In this document: positions 39,969 through 48,985 of the stretch, piece by piece
How positions within the stretch are numbered: the stretch's first letter is position 1
Layout of the letters: each line of letters starts with the position of its first letter
NCBI GenBank assembly: GCA_036398095.1
Contig: DASWHR010000141.1
Coordinates: forward strand, 1,138-65,137
Direction of reading: 5' to 3'
Source of the DNA: Actinomycetota bacterium
GTDB lineage: Bacteria; Actinomycetota; AC-67
Length of the DNA: 64,000 nucleotides
The notes under the pieces: model-generated
Databases searched by the model: none
Told to the model about the DNA's origin: nothing
What the model saw: only the letters and a program-made list of their open reading frames with translations
Position numbers and translations under genes: made by a program

Positions 39969-41159
39969 ATGATCGCGTTGATCGAGGCCGATCCCAACTT
40001 CCAAGCCCGCATCTCAAACGAGCTGGGATCACGGACGGAGCCGCTGCAGGTCCTGGGCTTGTCCGACGTCGAGCGGTTGACGTCGGGCGAGCCGGACCTG
40101 CCGGACGTTCTGATCCTGGGCCCGTCGGTTGGCGCACCCGACGCGCTCACCATCGCCGAACGGCTGCGCGCCGGCGCACCGGAGGTGAGCGTCGTGCTGA
40201 TCACCGACGCGCTCACGAGCGACCTGCTGCAAGCGGCGTTGCGCGCGGGCGTTCGCGACGTGCTCGGCTCGTCGTTCACCGGCGCCCAGCTGCAAGATGC
40301 GATCGAGCGGGCCGAGCAGGTCTCGCACGGCGTGCGGGACCGCGGCATTCCGCACGACGATCGCGAGCCGTCCGCTCCGTGCCGCGTCGTCACCGTGTTC
40401 TCCGCCAAGGGCGGCGTCGGCAAGTCATTCATCGCCGCGAACCTGGCGGTCCTGCTGGCGCAGCGTCACACTCGCGTCGCGCTGGTCGATCTGGACCTGC
40501 AGTTCGGGGATCAGGCGATCATGATGCAACTGTTCCCCGGCCGGACGATGTCCGAGGCTGCGGCCAACGTCGAGCGGCTCGATGTGGAATCGCTCCCCGG
40601 GTACATGACGCCGCACAAGTCCGGGCTGCACCTGCTGGCCGCGCCGCTCGAGCCCGGCCTGGCCGAGACGATCCAGCCGTCGGCGACGCAGCGAATCCTG
40701 CGGCTGCTTCGCCAGTCGTTCGACATCGTCGTGATCGACACGCCGGCGCTGTTCACCGAACACGTGCTTGCCGCGCTCGACGAATCCGACGAGTGCATCT
40801 TCATGACCAGCCTCGACGTTCCCAGCATCAAGAACACGAAGCTGGCATTGCAGACGCTCGAGATGCTGGGCGTCGGCAAGGAACGCATTCGACTGCTGCT
40901 CAACCGCGCCGACGCGCAGGTGGGGCTGCGCGTGCAAGAGGTCGAACGGATGCTCGGCGCGCGCGTCACGACCCAGATCCCGTCGTCGCGGGAAGTTCCG
41001 CTGTCCATCAACCAAGGCACGCCGCTTGCGCTGGCTGATCCGCGTTCGGGCGTTACGGTCGCACTCCGCGAGCTGGCCGAATCGGTCGGCCGCGGCGCGC
41101 CCGTCCACGAGCCCGACGCCAAAGGCGGCCGGTTCCGTTTGAAGAGGAAGGTGTCATGA
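39969..41159 (+). CDS. cpaE: CpaE/TadZ: receiver-like N-domain fused to a ParA/MinD-type ATPase.
   Basis: Deviant Walker A VFSAKGGVGKSFIAANLA. Confidence 0.8.
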   Translation: MIALIEADPNFQARISNELGSRTEPLQVLGLSDVERLTSGEPDLPDVLILGPSVGAPDALTIAERLRAGAPEVSVVLITDALTSDLLQAALRAGVRDVLGSSFTGAQLQDAIERAEQVSHGVRDRGIPHDDREPSAPCRVVTVFSAKGGVGKSFIAANLAVLLAQRHTRVALVDLDLQFGDQAIMMQLFPGRTMSEAAANVERLDVESLPGYMTPHKSGLHLLAAPLEPGLAETIQPSATQRILRLLRQSFDIVVIDTPALFTEHVLAALDESDECIFMTSLDVPSIKNTKLALQTLEMLGVGKERIRLLLNRADAQVGLRVQEVERMLGARVTTQIPSSREVPLSINQGTPLALADPRSGVTVALRELAESVGRGAPVHEPDAKGGRFRLKRKVS

Positions 41160-42532
41160 GCCTGTACGAACGACTCTCGAAGGCGCGCGACGTGGCGCCG
41201 GCCGGCAACGGCGGCTCCGTCGCCGAGCTTCGCATCGCCGATCCGTTCGCCGAACTCAAACGCGGCATCCATCAGGCGCTCGTCGCGGCGCTCGGACCGA
41301 AGCTCTACGACAAGACGATGACGGCCGAGCAGCTCGAGGCGCACGTCCGGGAACAACTCGGCGACGTGCTCGCCGGCACCGAGACGCCGCTGTCGGGCGC
41401 CGACCGGCAGCGCCTGTCCCGCGAGATCGCCGACGACATCCTCGGCCACGGTCCGATCGAGCCCTACCTTCAGGATCCGACCGTGACCGAGGTCATGGTC
41501 AACGGTCCCTACACCGTCTACATCGAGCGCGAAGGCAAGATCGTGCGCACGCCGGCCCAGTTTCTCGATGAGGCGCATCTCCGGCACACGATCGACAAGA
41601 TCGTCGGTCGCGTCGGCCGGCGCATCGATGAGGCCTCGCCGTACGTGGACGCACGCCTGCCCGACGGCAGCCGCGTCAACGCGGCGATCCCGCCGATCAT
41701 GCTCGACGGGCCGGTGCTTACGATTCGAAAGTTCAGCCGCGAGCCGTTCAAGGCGCAGGATCTGGTGGCGTTCGGAACCATGAGCGCGAAGCTGTCGTCG
41801 TTCCTGGAGGCGAGCGTTCGCGGCAAGATCAACATCATCATCTCCGGCGGGACCGGGGCCGGGAAGACGAGCACGCTCAACGTGGTCTCGTCGTTCATCC
41901 CGGAAAACGAACGGATCATCACGATCGAGGACTCGGCCGAGCTTCGGCTGAACCAGCCGCACGTGGTTCGCGCCGAGTCGCGACCGCCGAACATCGAAGG
42001 ACGCGGGCAGGTCTCGATCCGCGACCTGGTCCGCAACTCGCTCCGCATGCGGCCCGACCGGATCGTGGTCGGCGAGGTTCGCGGCGGCGAAGCGCTTGAC
42101 ATGCTCCAGGCTATGAACACCGGTCATGACGGCTCGATCTCGACCGCGCACGCCAACACGCCCCGGGACGCATTGTCCAGGCTGGAGACGATGTGCCTGA
42201 TGGCCGGCATGGATCTGCCGGTTCGCGCGATCCGCGAGCAGATCGCTTCGGCGGTTCAACTGATCGTGCACCAGTCGCGCCTCAAGGACGGGACGCGCCG
42301 CATCACACACGTCACCGAAGTCGTCGGCATGGAAGGCGACGTGATCACGCTGCAAGACCTGTTCCTGTTCGACTTCGGGATGGGCCTGGACGATGCCGGC
42401 AAGTTCCGCGGACACATCAAGCCGACCGGCATCCGCCCGAAGTTCGCCGAGCATCTCAAAGACGTCGGCGTGCCGCTTCCGGCCGACATGTTCGAGCCCG
42501 AGCCGTTCGCGCGAGAGGAGGCGTGGGCATGA
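41156..42532 (+). CDS. cpaF: CpaF/TadA type II/IV secretion ATPase.
   Basis: Walker A GGTGAGKTS, Asp box, Walker B and His box (IVVGEVRGGEA...TGHDGSISTAHAN). Confidence 0.9.
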   Translation: MSLYERLSKARDVAPAGNGGSVAELRIADPFAELKRGIHQALVAALGPKLYDKTMTAEQLEAHVREQLGDVLAGTETPLSGADRQRLSREIADDILGHGPIEPYLQDPTVTEVMVNGPYTVYIEREGKIVRTPAQFLDEAHLRHTIDKIVGRVGRRIDEASPYVDARLPDGSRVNAAIPPIMLDGPVLTIRKFSREPFKAQDLVAFGTMSAKLSSFLEASVRGKINIIISGGTGAGKTSTLNVVSSFIPENERIITIEDSAELRLNQPHVVRAESRPPNIEGRGQVSIRDLVRNSLRMRPDRIVVGEVRGGEALDMLQAMNTGHDGSISTAHANTPRDALSRLETMCLMAGMDLPVRAIREQIASAVQLIVHQSRLKDGTRRITHVTEVVGMEGDVITLQDLFLFDFGMGLDDAGKFRGHIKPTGIRPKFAEHLKDVGVPLPADMFEPEPFAREEAWA

Positions 42533-43506
42533 CGCCGCTGCTGCAGGCATCGCTCGTGTCGTTCGCCGCGCTGGCGATCATCTTCGGGATCATCCTGACC
42601 GGCCGGCGCGACCGCGGCGCCGTCAAACGCATCGAGCGACGGATCAAGCTGTATTCCATCGGCTCCGGCGGGAAGCGCACGCGCACGAAAGGCGTGCTTG
42701 CCGAATCGCCGGTCGCGCGTCGCGCGGTGGATCTGGTGGACAAGCTGCCGCGCAGCCCCAAGAAGGACAAGGCGCTGGCCGCCCAGTTGGAGCGCGCCGG
42801 CTGGCCGCTGCGGCCCGCGGAGATGCTCGCCATTCGCCTTGCGGCCGGCGCCGGCGCCGGGGTGGCGCTGGCGATCCTGCTCGGCAAACCGCTCGCCGGT
42901 CCGATCGTCGCGGTCGTCGCCTACCTCGTCCCCAAGACGGCGCTCGACCGGGCCGTCGCCAAGCGCACGAACAAGTTCCTCGGACAGCTTCCCGACACGC
43001 TGCAGCTTCTGTCGGGTTCGCTGAAAGCCGGCTACGGGCTGGTGCAGGCCGTCGATACGCTTGTGAAGGAAACGCCGGCGCCGACATCGACGGAATTTTC
43101 GCGCGTGCTCGCCGAGACGCGCCTGGGCATGCCGCTGGAGGATTCGCTGCACCAGATGGCCGAGCGCATCGGCAGCGAGGACTTCGCCTGGGTCGTCATG
43201 GCGATCTCGATCCAACGGCAAGTCGGCGGAAATCTCGCCGAGCTGCTCTCGACCGTCGCGACCACGCTGCGCGACCGCGAAGCCGTGCGGCGCCAGGTCA
43301 AGGTTCTGTCCGCCGAAGGACGCCTGTCGGCATACATCCTGATCGGCTTGCCGTTCGCGATCGCCGGCTACGTCGCGATGGTCAATCCCGAGTTCTTGGA
43401 GCAACTGACCGGCGAGCGCGTCGGCCAGATCATGATCGCCGGATCGCTCGTGTTGATGGGCATCGGCGCGGCCTGGATGCGCAAGATCATCCGGATCGAC
43501 GTGTAA
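42529..43506 (+). CDS. tadB: TadB (T2SS-F family inner-membrane platform protein).
   Basis: T2SSF-type domain. ATGA overlap with cpaF. Confidence 0.8.
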   Translation: MTPLLQASLVSFAALAIIFGIILTGRRDRGAVKRIERRIKLYSIGSGGKRTRTKGVLAESPVARRAVDLVDKLPRSPKKDKALAAQLERAGWPLRPAEMLAIRLAAGAGAGVALAILLGKPLAGPIVAVVAYLVPKTALDRAVAKRTNKFLGQLPDTLQLLSGSLKAGYGLVQAVDTLVKETPAPTSTEFSRVLAETRLGMPLEDSLHQMAERIGSEDFAWVVMAISIQRQVGGNLAELLSTVATTLRDREAVRRQVKVLSAEGRLSAYILIGLPFAIAGYVAMVNPEFLEQLTGERVGQIMIAGSLVLMGIGAAWMRKIIRIDV

Positions 43507-43521
43507 AGGAGTGACGACGCG

Positions 43522-44457
43522 ATGATCATCGGAACAACCGTCGCCGCCGCCGTCTTCTTCGCCGGCTGCGCGCTCGCATTCGTCACGATTGAAGGAGTCG
43601 TGGTCGAACGCGCCCGCGTCAACCGAAACATGCGGCGCCTGAAGAACATCGACTTGAAAGCGACCGATCTTCGCCGCAAGGAGCTGGCCAAGCCGTTCGC
43701 CGGCCGCGTGGCCTGGCCGCTGCTGCGATTCGTCGGCCGCTTCGCGAAGAAGTTCACGCCGGCCGGCGTGGTCGAGCGCCTGGCACACGATCTCGTCTAC
43801 GCGGGCAGCCCGGTCGCGTGGGACGCCGAACGGATTCTGGCGACAAAGCTGGTCGCCGCGGCCGGCGGCTTTCTGGTGCCGTCGCTCGGCGGGCCGCTGC
43901 TCGGGATGGCGCCGGTCCGCGGCATCGTCGGCGGCGTGGTCTTCGCAATCCTCGGCTACTACGCGCCCGAGTGGGCGCTGCGGTCGCGGGCCGGCACGCG
44001 GCAGGCCGCGATTCAGCGGGCGCTGCCGGATGCGATGGATCTGCTCTCGATCACCGTCGAGGCCGGACTGGGATTCGACGCGGCCGTCAAACGCGTCGCC
44101 GGACAGGCGCGCGGACCTTTGGGCGAGGAATTGCATCGCGTGCTTCAAGAGATGCAGATCGGAAAGCCGCGCGCCCAGGCGCTGCGTTCGCTCGCCGACC
44201 GGACGTCGGTTCCCGAATTGCAATCGTTCGTGCTGGCGATGGTGCAGGCCGACTCGTTCGGCATCGCCATCGGGCAGGTGCTGCACGTGCAGGCCCGGGA
44301 GATGCGTTTGAAGCGGCGGCAGCGCGCGGAGGAACGCGCACAGAAGATTCCGGTGAAGATCCTGATGCCGCTGTTGGGGTGCGTGTTCCCGTCGCTGTTC
44401 GTGGTCATTCTGGGGCCGGCCGGCATCCAGATCTACCGGAGCATGCTGAGCAACTAG
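43522..44457 (+). CDS. tadC: TadC (T2SS-F family inner-membrane platform protein).
   Basis: T2SSF-type domain (LPDAMDLLSITVEAGLGFDAAV). Confidence 0.8.
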   Translation: MIIGTTVAAAVFFAGCALAFVTIEGVVVERARVNRNMRRLKNIDLKATDLRRKELAKPFAGRVAWPLLRFVGRFAKKFTPAGVVERLAHDLVYAGSPVAWDAERILATKLVAAAGGFLVPSLGGPLLGMAPVRGIVGGVVFAILGYYAPEWALRSRAGTRQAAIQRALPDAMDLLSITVEAGLGFDAAVKRVAGQARGPLGEELHRVLQEMQIGKPRAQALRSLADRTSVPELQSFVLAMVQADSFGIAIGQVLHVQAREMRLKRRQRAEERAQKIPVKILMPLLGCVFPSLFVVILGPAGIQIYRSMLSN

Positions 44458-44458
44458 C

Positions 44459-45808
44459 ATGAGGATCCTCGCGTTCACCACAGATGCCTCGCTCGAGGTG
44501 GCTCTTGCCTCGCTCGACGAGCGGTTCGAAATCGTCGCCGCCCGCGATCCGGAAGGGGCGCTCGCCGAGGCGTGCCGGTCGGATCTTGCGCTCGTCGCGC
44601 TGGGCACGACCGATCGCGGCCGCAGCGCGGTCGAAGCGCTGCACCGGCTGCGCGTCGGCATCCCGTGCCTGATCGTCGGCGACGTCGTTCCCGGCGACGA
44701 CGGAGCCGTCCCTGTGCTCGTGCGCCCGTTCTCGCTCGGCGACCTGACCGAGGCGATGGTGCGTGCCGTGCAGCGCCCGTCAGTCCCGGAGTCTCAGCCG
44801 GAGCCCGAGCCGGAGGCCGCCGAACCCTTCATTGACCTGCCTCCCCCGGTCGCCACAGCGGCGCAGCCGGAGCCGGAACCACAGCCGGAACCGGAGCCGG
44901 AACCGCAGCCGGACGAGGTACCGGACGAGGTACCGGCGGCGTTTCCCGATCACGAGACGGTCGAAGAATTGCTTCGGCAATTGGAGGAGGCCGCGGCCGC
45001 CGTGCCGCCCGCCGCCGCAACACCGTCCAGGGATCCGGTGTCGTGGGCGCTGGACGCGCTGCACGAGATCGGCGACGCCCCCGCGCCCGAACCGCGAGCG
45101 CGGCCGCTTCCGGCCGGCGCCGCGCCCGAGCAAGAAGCCACCGCCGCGCGCATCGTGCGTCATGCCGCCGCCGCTCCCCGCAGCGGCGACTGGCTCGCCG
45201 ACCGCGGCGGCGAACGAAGCGGGCTCCATCGCCTGCGTCGCCGCCGGCGTGCGATCCCGGTGGCCGGCTCGCCGCGCGCATCGATCATGCGCCGCGTCCG
45301 CTCGGCGCTGGAAGGCGCGCGCGAACTGGAGGCGCTGCTCGAAGAGATCCCGTCCCTGTCGGACCCGCATGCGATGGCGCGCGCGCTGGTGCGCGAAGCC
45401 GTCGAGCTGCTCGGCTCCGAGACGGCGGCGCTGTACTCCGCCGACCCCGACGGGTATCGCATCGCCGCGGCGCACGGCTTGTCCCCCGTCGAGCAGTCGA
45501 TTGTGGTTCCGCGCGAGCAGCCGTTGTTCGGCGACGTCGCCGGCCGCTTGGAAGCGGTTCTGGTCGCGCCGGTCGATCTGGTTCGGGGGCTCGTCGCAGG
45601 CATCGGCGGCACAACCACCGAGGCACTGATGCTCGCGCCGCTGGACGTGGACGGGCGATGCGCCGGCATTCTGCTCGCCGGCCGTTCGCGCTTCGGAGAC
45701 GAAGACTTGGAACGTCTGTGGCATCTCGCCGAGGAAGCAGCGCCGGGCTTCGCAGCCGCGCGACTGATCGAGCGGATCCGCCGGCGCGACCTTCCCGTCG
45801 CGCTCTAG
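44459..45808 (+). CDS. Regulatory protein made of a receiver-like N-domain, a Pro/Glu-rich (PEPEPQ) repeat linker and a C-terminal GAF domain.
   Basis: The N-terminus resembles a degenerate REC domain. Tandem PEPEPQ coding repeats at about 44790-44935. The C-terminal about 170 aa is GAF-like. Confidence 0.6.
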   Translation: MRILAFTTDASLEVALASLDERFEIVAARDPEGALAEACRSDLALVALGTTDRGRSAVEALHRLRVGIPCLIVGDVVPGDDGAVPVLVRPFSLGDLTEAMVRAVQRPSVPESQPEPEPEAAEPFIDLPPPVATAAQPEPEPQPEPEPEPQPDEVPDEVPAAFPDHETVEELLRQLEEAAAAVPPAAATPSRDPVSWALDALHEIGDAPAPEPRARPLPAGAAPEQEATAARIVRHAAAAPRSGDWLADRGGERSGLHRLRRRRRAIPVAGSPRASIMRRVRSALEGARELEALLEEIPSLSDPHAMARALVREAVELLGSETAALYSADPDGYRIAAAHGLSPVEQSIVVPREQPLFGDVAGRLEAVLVAPVDLVRGLVAGIGGTTTEALMLAPLDVDGRCAGILLAGRSRFGDEDLERLWHLAEEAAPGFAAARLIERIRRRDLPVAL

Positions 45809-45922
45809 GAGGGTGCTGAAAAAGACCGACCTGTGCTTGGTCGGACTTCAATCAGCCCATGCCGGAGAGTTAACATCGGGCGGGCTTGCATGCAGACACT
45901 CACTTTTTCAGCACCCTCCTAG
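45805..45922. mobile_element. 118-bp MITE-like element, copy 2, with the same 20-bp terminal inverted repeats as copy 1.
   Basis: About 93% identical to 22767..22884. Its left CTAG supplies the TAG stop of the REC-GAF gene. Confidence 0.65.
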
Positions 45923-45947
45923 CAGGATCCGGGTACGCTAACGCGCC

Positions 45948-46436
45948 ATGCGCACCCGAACGGCGGGCATGATCGCCTCGCGCGTCCTCGCGATCTATAT
46001 CGCCTTCACGTCGATCATCTTTTCCGGCGAGTTGATTCACGCGCTCATCGAAGGTCGCCCGGCCGGCGTCGTCGCCGAATCGGCCCTGCCGGCCGGCGTC
46101 GCGCTCGGACTGGCGCTGCTTCTTTGGGTCGCCGCGCCGGCCGTCGCCGATCGTCTGGCCGGCAGCGCGAGCGGCGGCGCGGGCGAAGAAGACTCGCCGG
46201 CCCGCGCCGCGGACATCGCGGCGATTGCATTCACCGTCGCCGGGCTGTTCATCGCCGCCCAGGCGTTGCCTCTGGTCGCGCACGCGCTGACGCGACTCGC
46301 GATCGGCGAAGGCACCGGGCGCGACATCGCGGCGGATCTCGCCTCGGCCATCGCTCGCACCACCATCGGAGCGGCGCTGGCCGCGACCGCCCGGTCGCTT
46401 GCCAAGCGCTTGTTTGCGCCCGAAAGCACCCGGTAG
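45948..46436 (+). CDS. Hypothetical polytopic membrane protein.
   Basis: Four or more hydrophobic helices. More plausible than the Arg-rich antisense ORF 45900..47135. Confidence 0.45.
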   Translation: MRTRTAGMIASRVLAIYIAFTSIIFSGELIHALIEGRPAGVVAESALPAGVALGLALLLWVAAPAVADRLAGSASGGAGEEDSPARAADIAAIAFTVAGLFIAAQALPLVAHALTRLAIGEGTGRDIAADLASAIARTTIGAALAATARSLAKRLFAPESTR

Positions 46437-46517
46437 CTCCCGCCCTTCAGATCGCGGGGAAAGTCTGCCCGATCGGACATGTTCGGATGCCGGCGATCTG
46501 GGGCAGGATTGAAAGTC

Positions 46518-47198
46518 ATGCGTCCGGTCGCCGTTCCCACGAGTGTCGTTTCGGCGCTGGCCGTTGCGATCGCGGCACTGCTGACGGCCGGCACCCCGAT
46601 CGCGATCCGCCACGCATCGACGAACGCCGCCGGGGGGTCGGACATCGTCCCGAGCGCTCGAGACGGCATCGAGGTCGTGATCGCGCCACGCTCCGCGGGT
46701 TCGCGAAGCGACCGCGCCGAAACCCGCCGGCCCGCCGAGGCAGTTGCCGGTCCCGCCGTGACCGACCCCGCCACAACTCCGATGGCCGCGACCGCGGCGC
46801 CCTTCACACTCGAGCTTCCGGACGGCTGGTCGGGCGGAGAGATCGGCGCCTTCGACGACGACGCGAAACGCTCGTTCCGCTACACCGACGAGGCCGGCCG
46901 GTATTTTGTGGTCAACATCGATCCGGCCGGAAGCGAGTTCGACGCCGACGAAGTCTGGCGCTATCGCGTGGAAGACCACGAACGCTTCGTCGTGACCCGT
47001 CAGGAGCGCTGCGTTCCGAGCGAACCGATGTGCTCGCTCGGCGACGGCGCCCAGACGATCTACGCGCTCTGGGACGAGGGCGGCTCGGCCAGGGTCGGTG
47101 GCCACGCCTACTACTTCCGCTTCGGCGATGAGCACAACGAGATCGGCGGGACCCGCGTGTTCCGGCAGATTCTCGAAAGCATTCGCGCCCGGGCGTAA
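46518..47198 (+). CDS. Hypothetical secreted protein.
   Basis: Signal peptide MRPVAVPTSVVSALAVAIAALLTAG. No recognisable domain. Confidence 0.5.
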   Translation: MRPVAVPTSVVSALAVAIAALLTAGTPIAIRHASTNAAGGSDIVPSARDGIEVVIAPRSAGSRSDRAETRRPAEAVAGPAVTDPATTPMAATAAPFTLELPDGWSGGEIGAFDDDAKRSFRYTDEAGRYFVVNIDPAGSEFDADEVWRYRVEDHERFVVTRQERCVPSEPMCSLGDGAQTIYALWDEGGSARVGGHAYYFRFGDEHNEIGGTRVFRQILESIRARA

Positions 47199-47369
47199 AC
47201 GACCGGCTCACCACGGAAGGTTCTTCCGCCTTCGCAGGAGATATCCCCCGCCGCGGCGAACCCTGCGCCCAACGACCGACTCGGAGTGTGTCGTTTTGCG
47301 CAGACCGGAGTGGGGGCTCCGGCGCACACTCGAACCTATCGGATCGTCACCGGATCGAGGAGGAATCTC

Positions 47370-47852
47370 ATGTCGCTTCGCCGCATCGCCGCACCCATGA
47401 TCGCCGTCGCCGCTCTGGGCGCCGGACTGCTCGTCCCGTCCGCCGCGTCGGCCGTCGAATGCGGTCGCGGAACGACCTTCGCCAAGTTCGTTCAGCCCGA
47501 AGGCGGGCAATTGTCGGCGAACACGCACCTTGGCGGCATCGCCTACACCGCGCCGGCAGCGGCCGTGCCGTCGGTCATGCTCTCCACGACCGGCCAGATC
47601 GAGGTCAAGATCGAGCACAAGTGCCTGCAGGCGATGCGCCTGACCGTCTACAAGGATGGCGTCGACGCGCCGATCCACACCAACACGTGGGATCCGCTGT
47701 CGTGCGAGGAAGCCGTCACGACCGACACCGTCAACATCGGATTGGACGGCGGCACCTACAAGTTCGTGCTCGACGGCCTCGGATGCGAAGGCGTTCCGCT
47801 GACCCCGACCGAGCATGGCGGACTCGTGGGCGACCCGCCGCTGGGCTTGTAG
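47370..47852 (+). CDS. Small secreted Cys-containing hypothetical protein.
   Basis: Signal peptide, four Cys, and a GAGGAGG RBS 7 nt upstream of the ATG. Confidence 0.5.
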   Translation: MSLRRIAAPMIAVAALGAGLLVPSAASAVECGRGTTFAKFVQPEGGQLSANTHLGGIAYTAPAAAVPSVMLSTTGQIEVKIEHKCLQAMRLTVYKDGVDAPIHTNTWDPLSCEEAVTTDTVNIGLDGGTYKFVLDGLGCEGVPLTPTEHGGLVGDPPLGL

Positions 47853-47953
47853 AAGCACCGACACCACCAGGGGGCCCCGGGCATCGTCCCGGGGCCTTCG
47901 CATCGTTCCCTTCTTCCGGGGAATGGGCGCCCGCCGCGGCTAGCATCGGGGCG

Positions 47954-48985
47954 ATGCCCCGCGCGCTCGCCGCGGCGCTCGTCGCCGCGCTCATCGGTGC
48001 GGCCGCCGCTTCGCCGGCGGCGGCATCTTCATCGTCGCTCCCGCCGTTGTCGGCGGCGGCCGCGGCGTCCTACGACGTGGTCGGACAACGATTCGTGCGG
48101 CAAGTCAACGCCGACGTTCGCATGGCGCCCGCCAGCCTTGCCAAGATGCTGGTCGCGCTGATCGTCGCCGAGCATCTCGCACCCGACGAGCAAGTCATGA
48201 TCTCGCACCGCGCCGCATCGACCAAGCCCGACAACATCCGCTGGCCGGAAGGAGCGATCTACACGGCCGATCAACTGCTTCACGCGATGATGATGGAATC
48301 ATCCAACGGAGCGGCGGTCGCGTTCGCCGACCACCTCGCCGGGTCGGTCGCCACGTTCTCGGAGATGATGGATGCGAAAGCGGCTGCGCTGGGCGCGCGC
48401 GACACGCATATCGTCGAGCCGAGCGGACTCGACGCCGAGGGCCAGTACTCGACGGCGCACGACATGGCGCTGATCGCGGCCGCGGTGGTCCGCCAGCCCT
48501 GGCCGGCCTCGGTGGTAGGCACCAGGAGGCACGTGATCCCCTGGACGAACGGCGGCACGTACACGCTTCACACGCTCAACGGGTGGATCGTGCGGTTCGA
48601 CGGAGCGCTCGGCGTCAAGAACGGCTACACGACGAAGGCGGGGAACTGCCTTGCCGCCGCGGCGACGAGACACGGCCGGACCGTCGTCACGGTCGTCCTC
48701 AACGATCGCCGCTGGTATGCCGACAGCGCGGCGCTCATGCTCGACGCGTTCCCTCGCGCGGTGGCGGGCGAGGTCAAGCCGCTTCCCGCACCGGCGAGCG
48801 CGGCCGCCGCCGACCTGCGCGCGGCCGCTGCCACGGCGCCGGCCGCCGGGCCGTCGAAGCTGACGGCGACGGCGCTGGCGTTCGCGGTCGCGGCGCTTAC
48901 GGTCGCGGCCCGCCGGCGGCAAGTGGTGCGGCGCCGGCGTGCCCGCGCGCTGGCGCGTCGCTCGCATCTTCCCCGGTTGCCGTAG
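47954..48985 (+). CDS. D-alanyl-D-alanine carboxypeptidase (S11, PBP5/DacB-like).
   Basis: SxxK (ASLAKM), SxN (ESSNGA) and a KTG-like motif (KNGYTT). Signal peptide and C-terminal anchor. Confidence 0.75.
   Translation: MPRALAAALVAALIGAAAASPAAASSSSLPPLSAAAAASYDVVGQRFVRQVNADVRMAPASLAKMLVALIVAEHLAPDEQVMISHRAASTKPDNIRWPEGAIYTADQLLHAMMMESSNGAAVAFADHLAGSVATFSEMMDAKAAALGARDTHIVEPSGLDAEGQYSTAHDMALIAAAVVRQPWPASVVGTRRHVIPWTNGGTYTLHTLNGWIVRFDGALGVKNGYTTKAGNCLAAAATRHGRTVVTVVLNDRRWYADSAALMLDAFPRAVAGEVKPLPAPASAAAADLRAAAATAPAAGPSKLTATALAFAVAALTVAARRRQVVRRRRARALARRSHLPRLP

Noticed and set aside
45900-47135. 411-aa minus-strand ORF.
   Set aside because: Arg/Gly-rich with no motifs. The + strand ORFs 45948-46436 and 46518-47198 have signal and TM features and are preferred, although with only moderate confidence.
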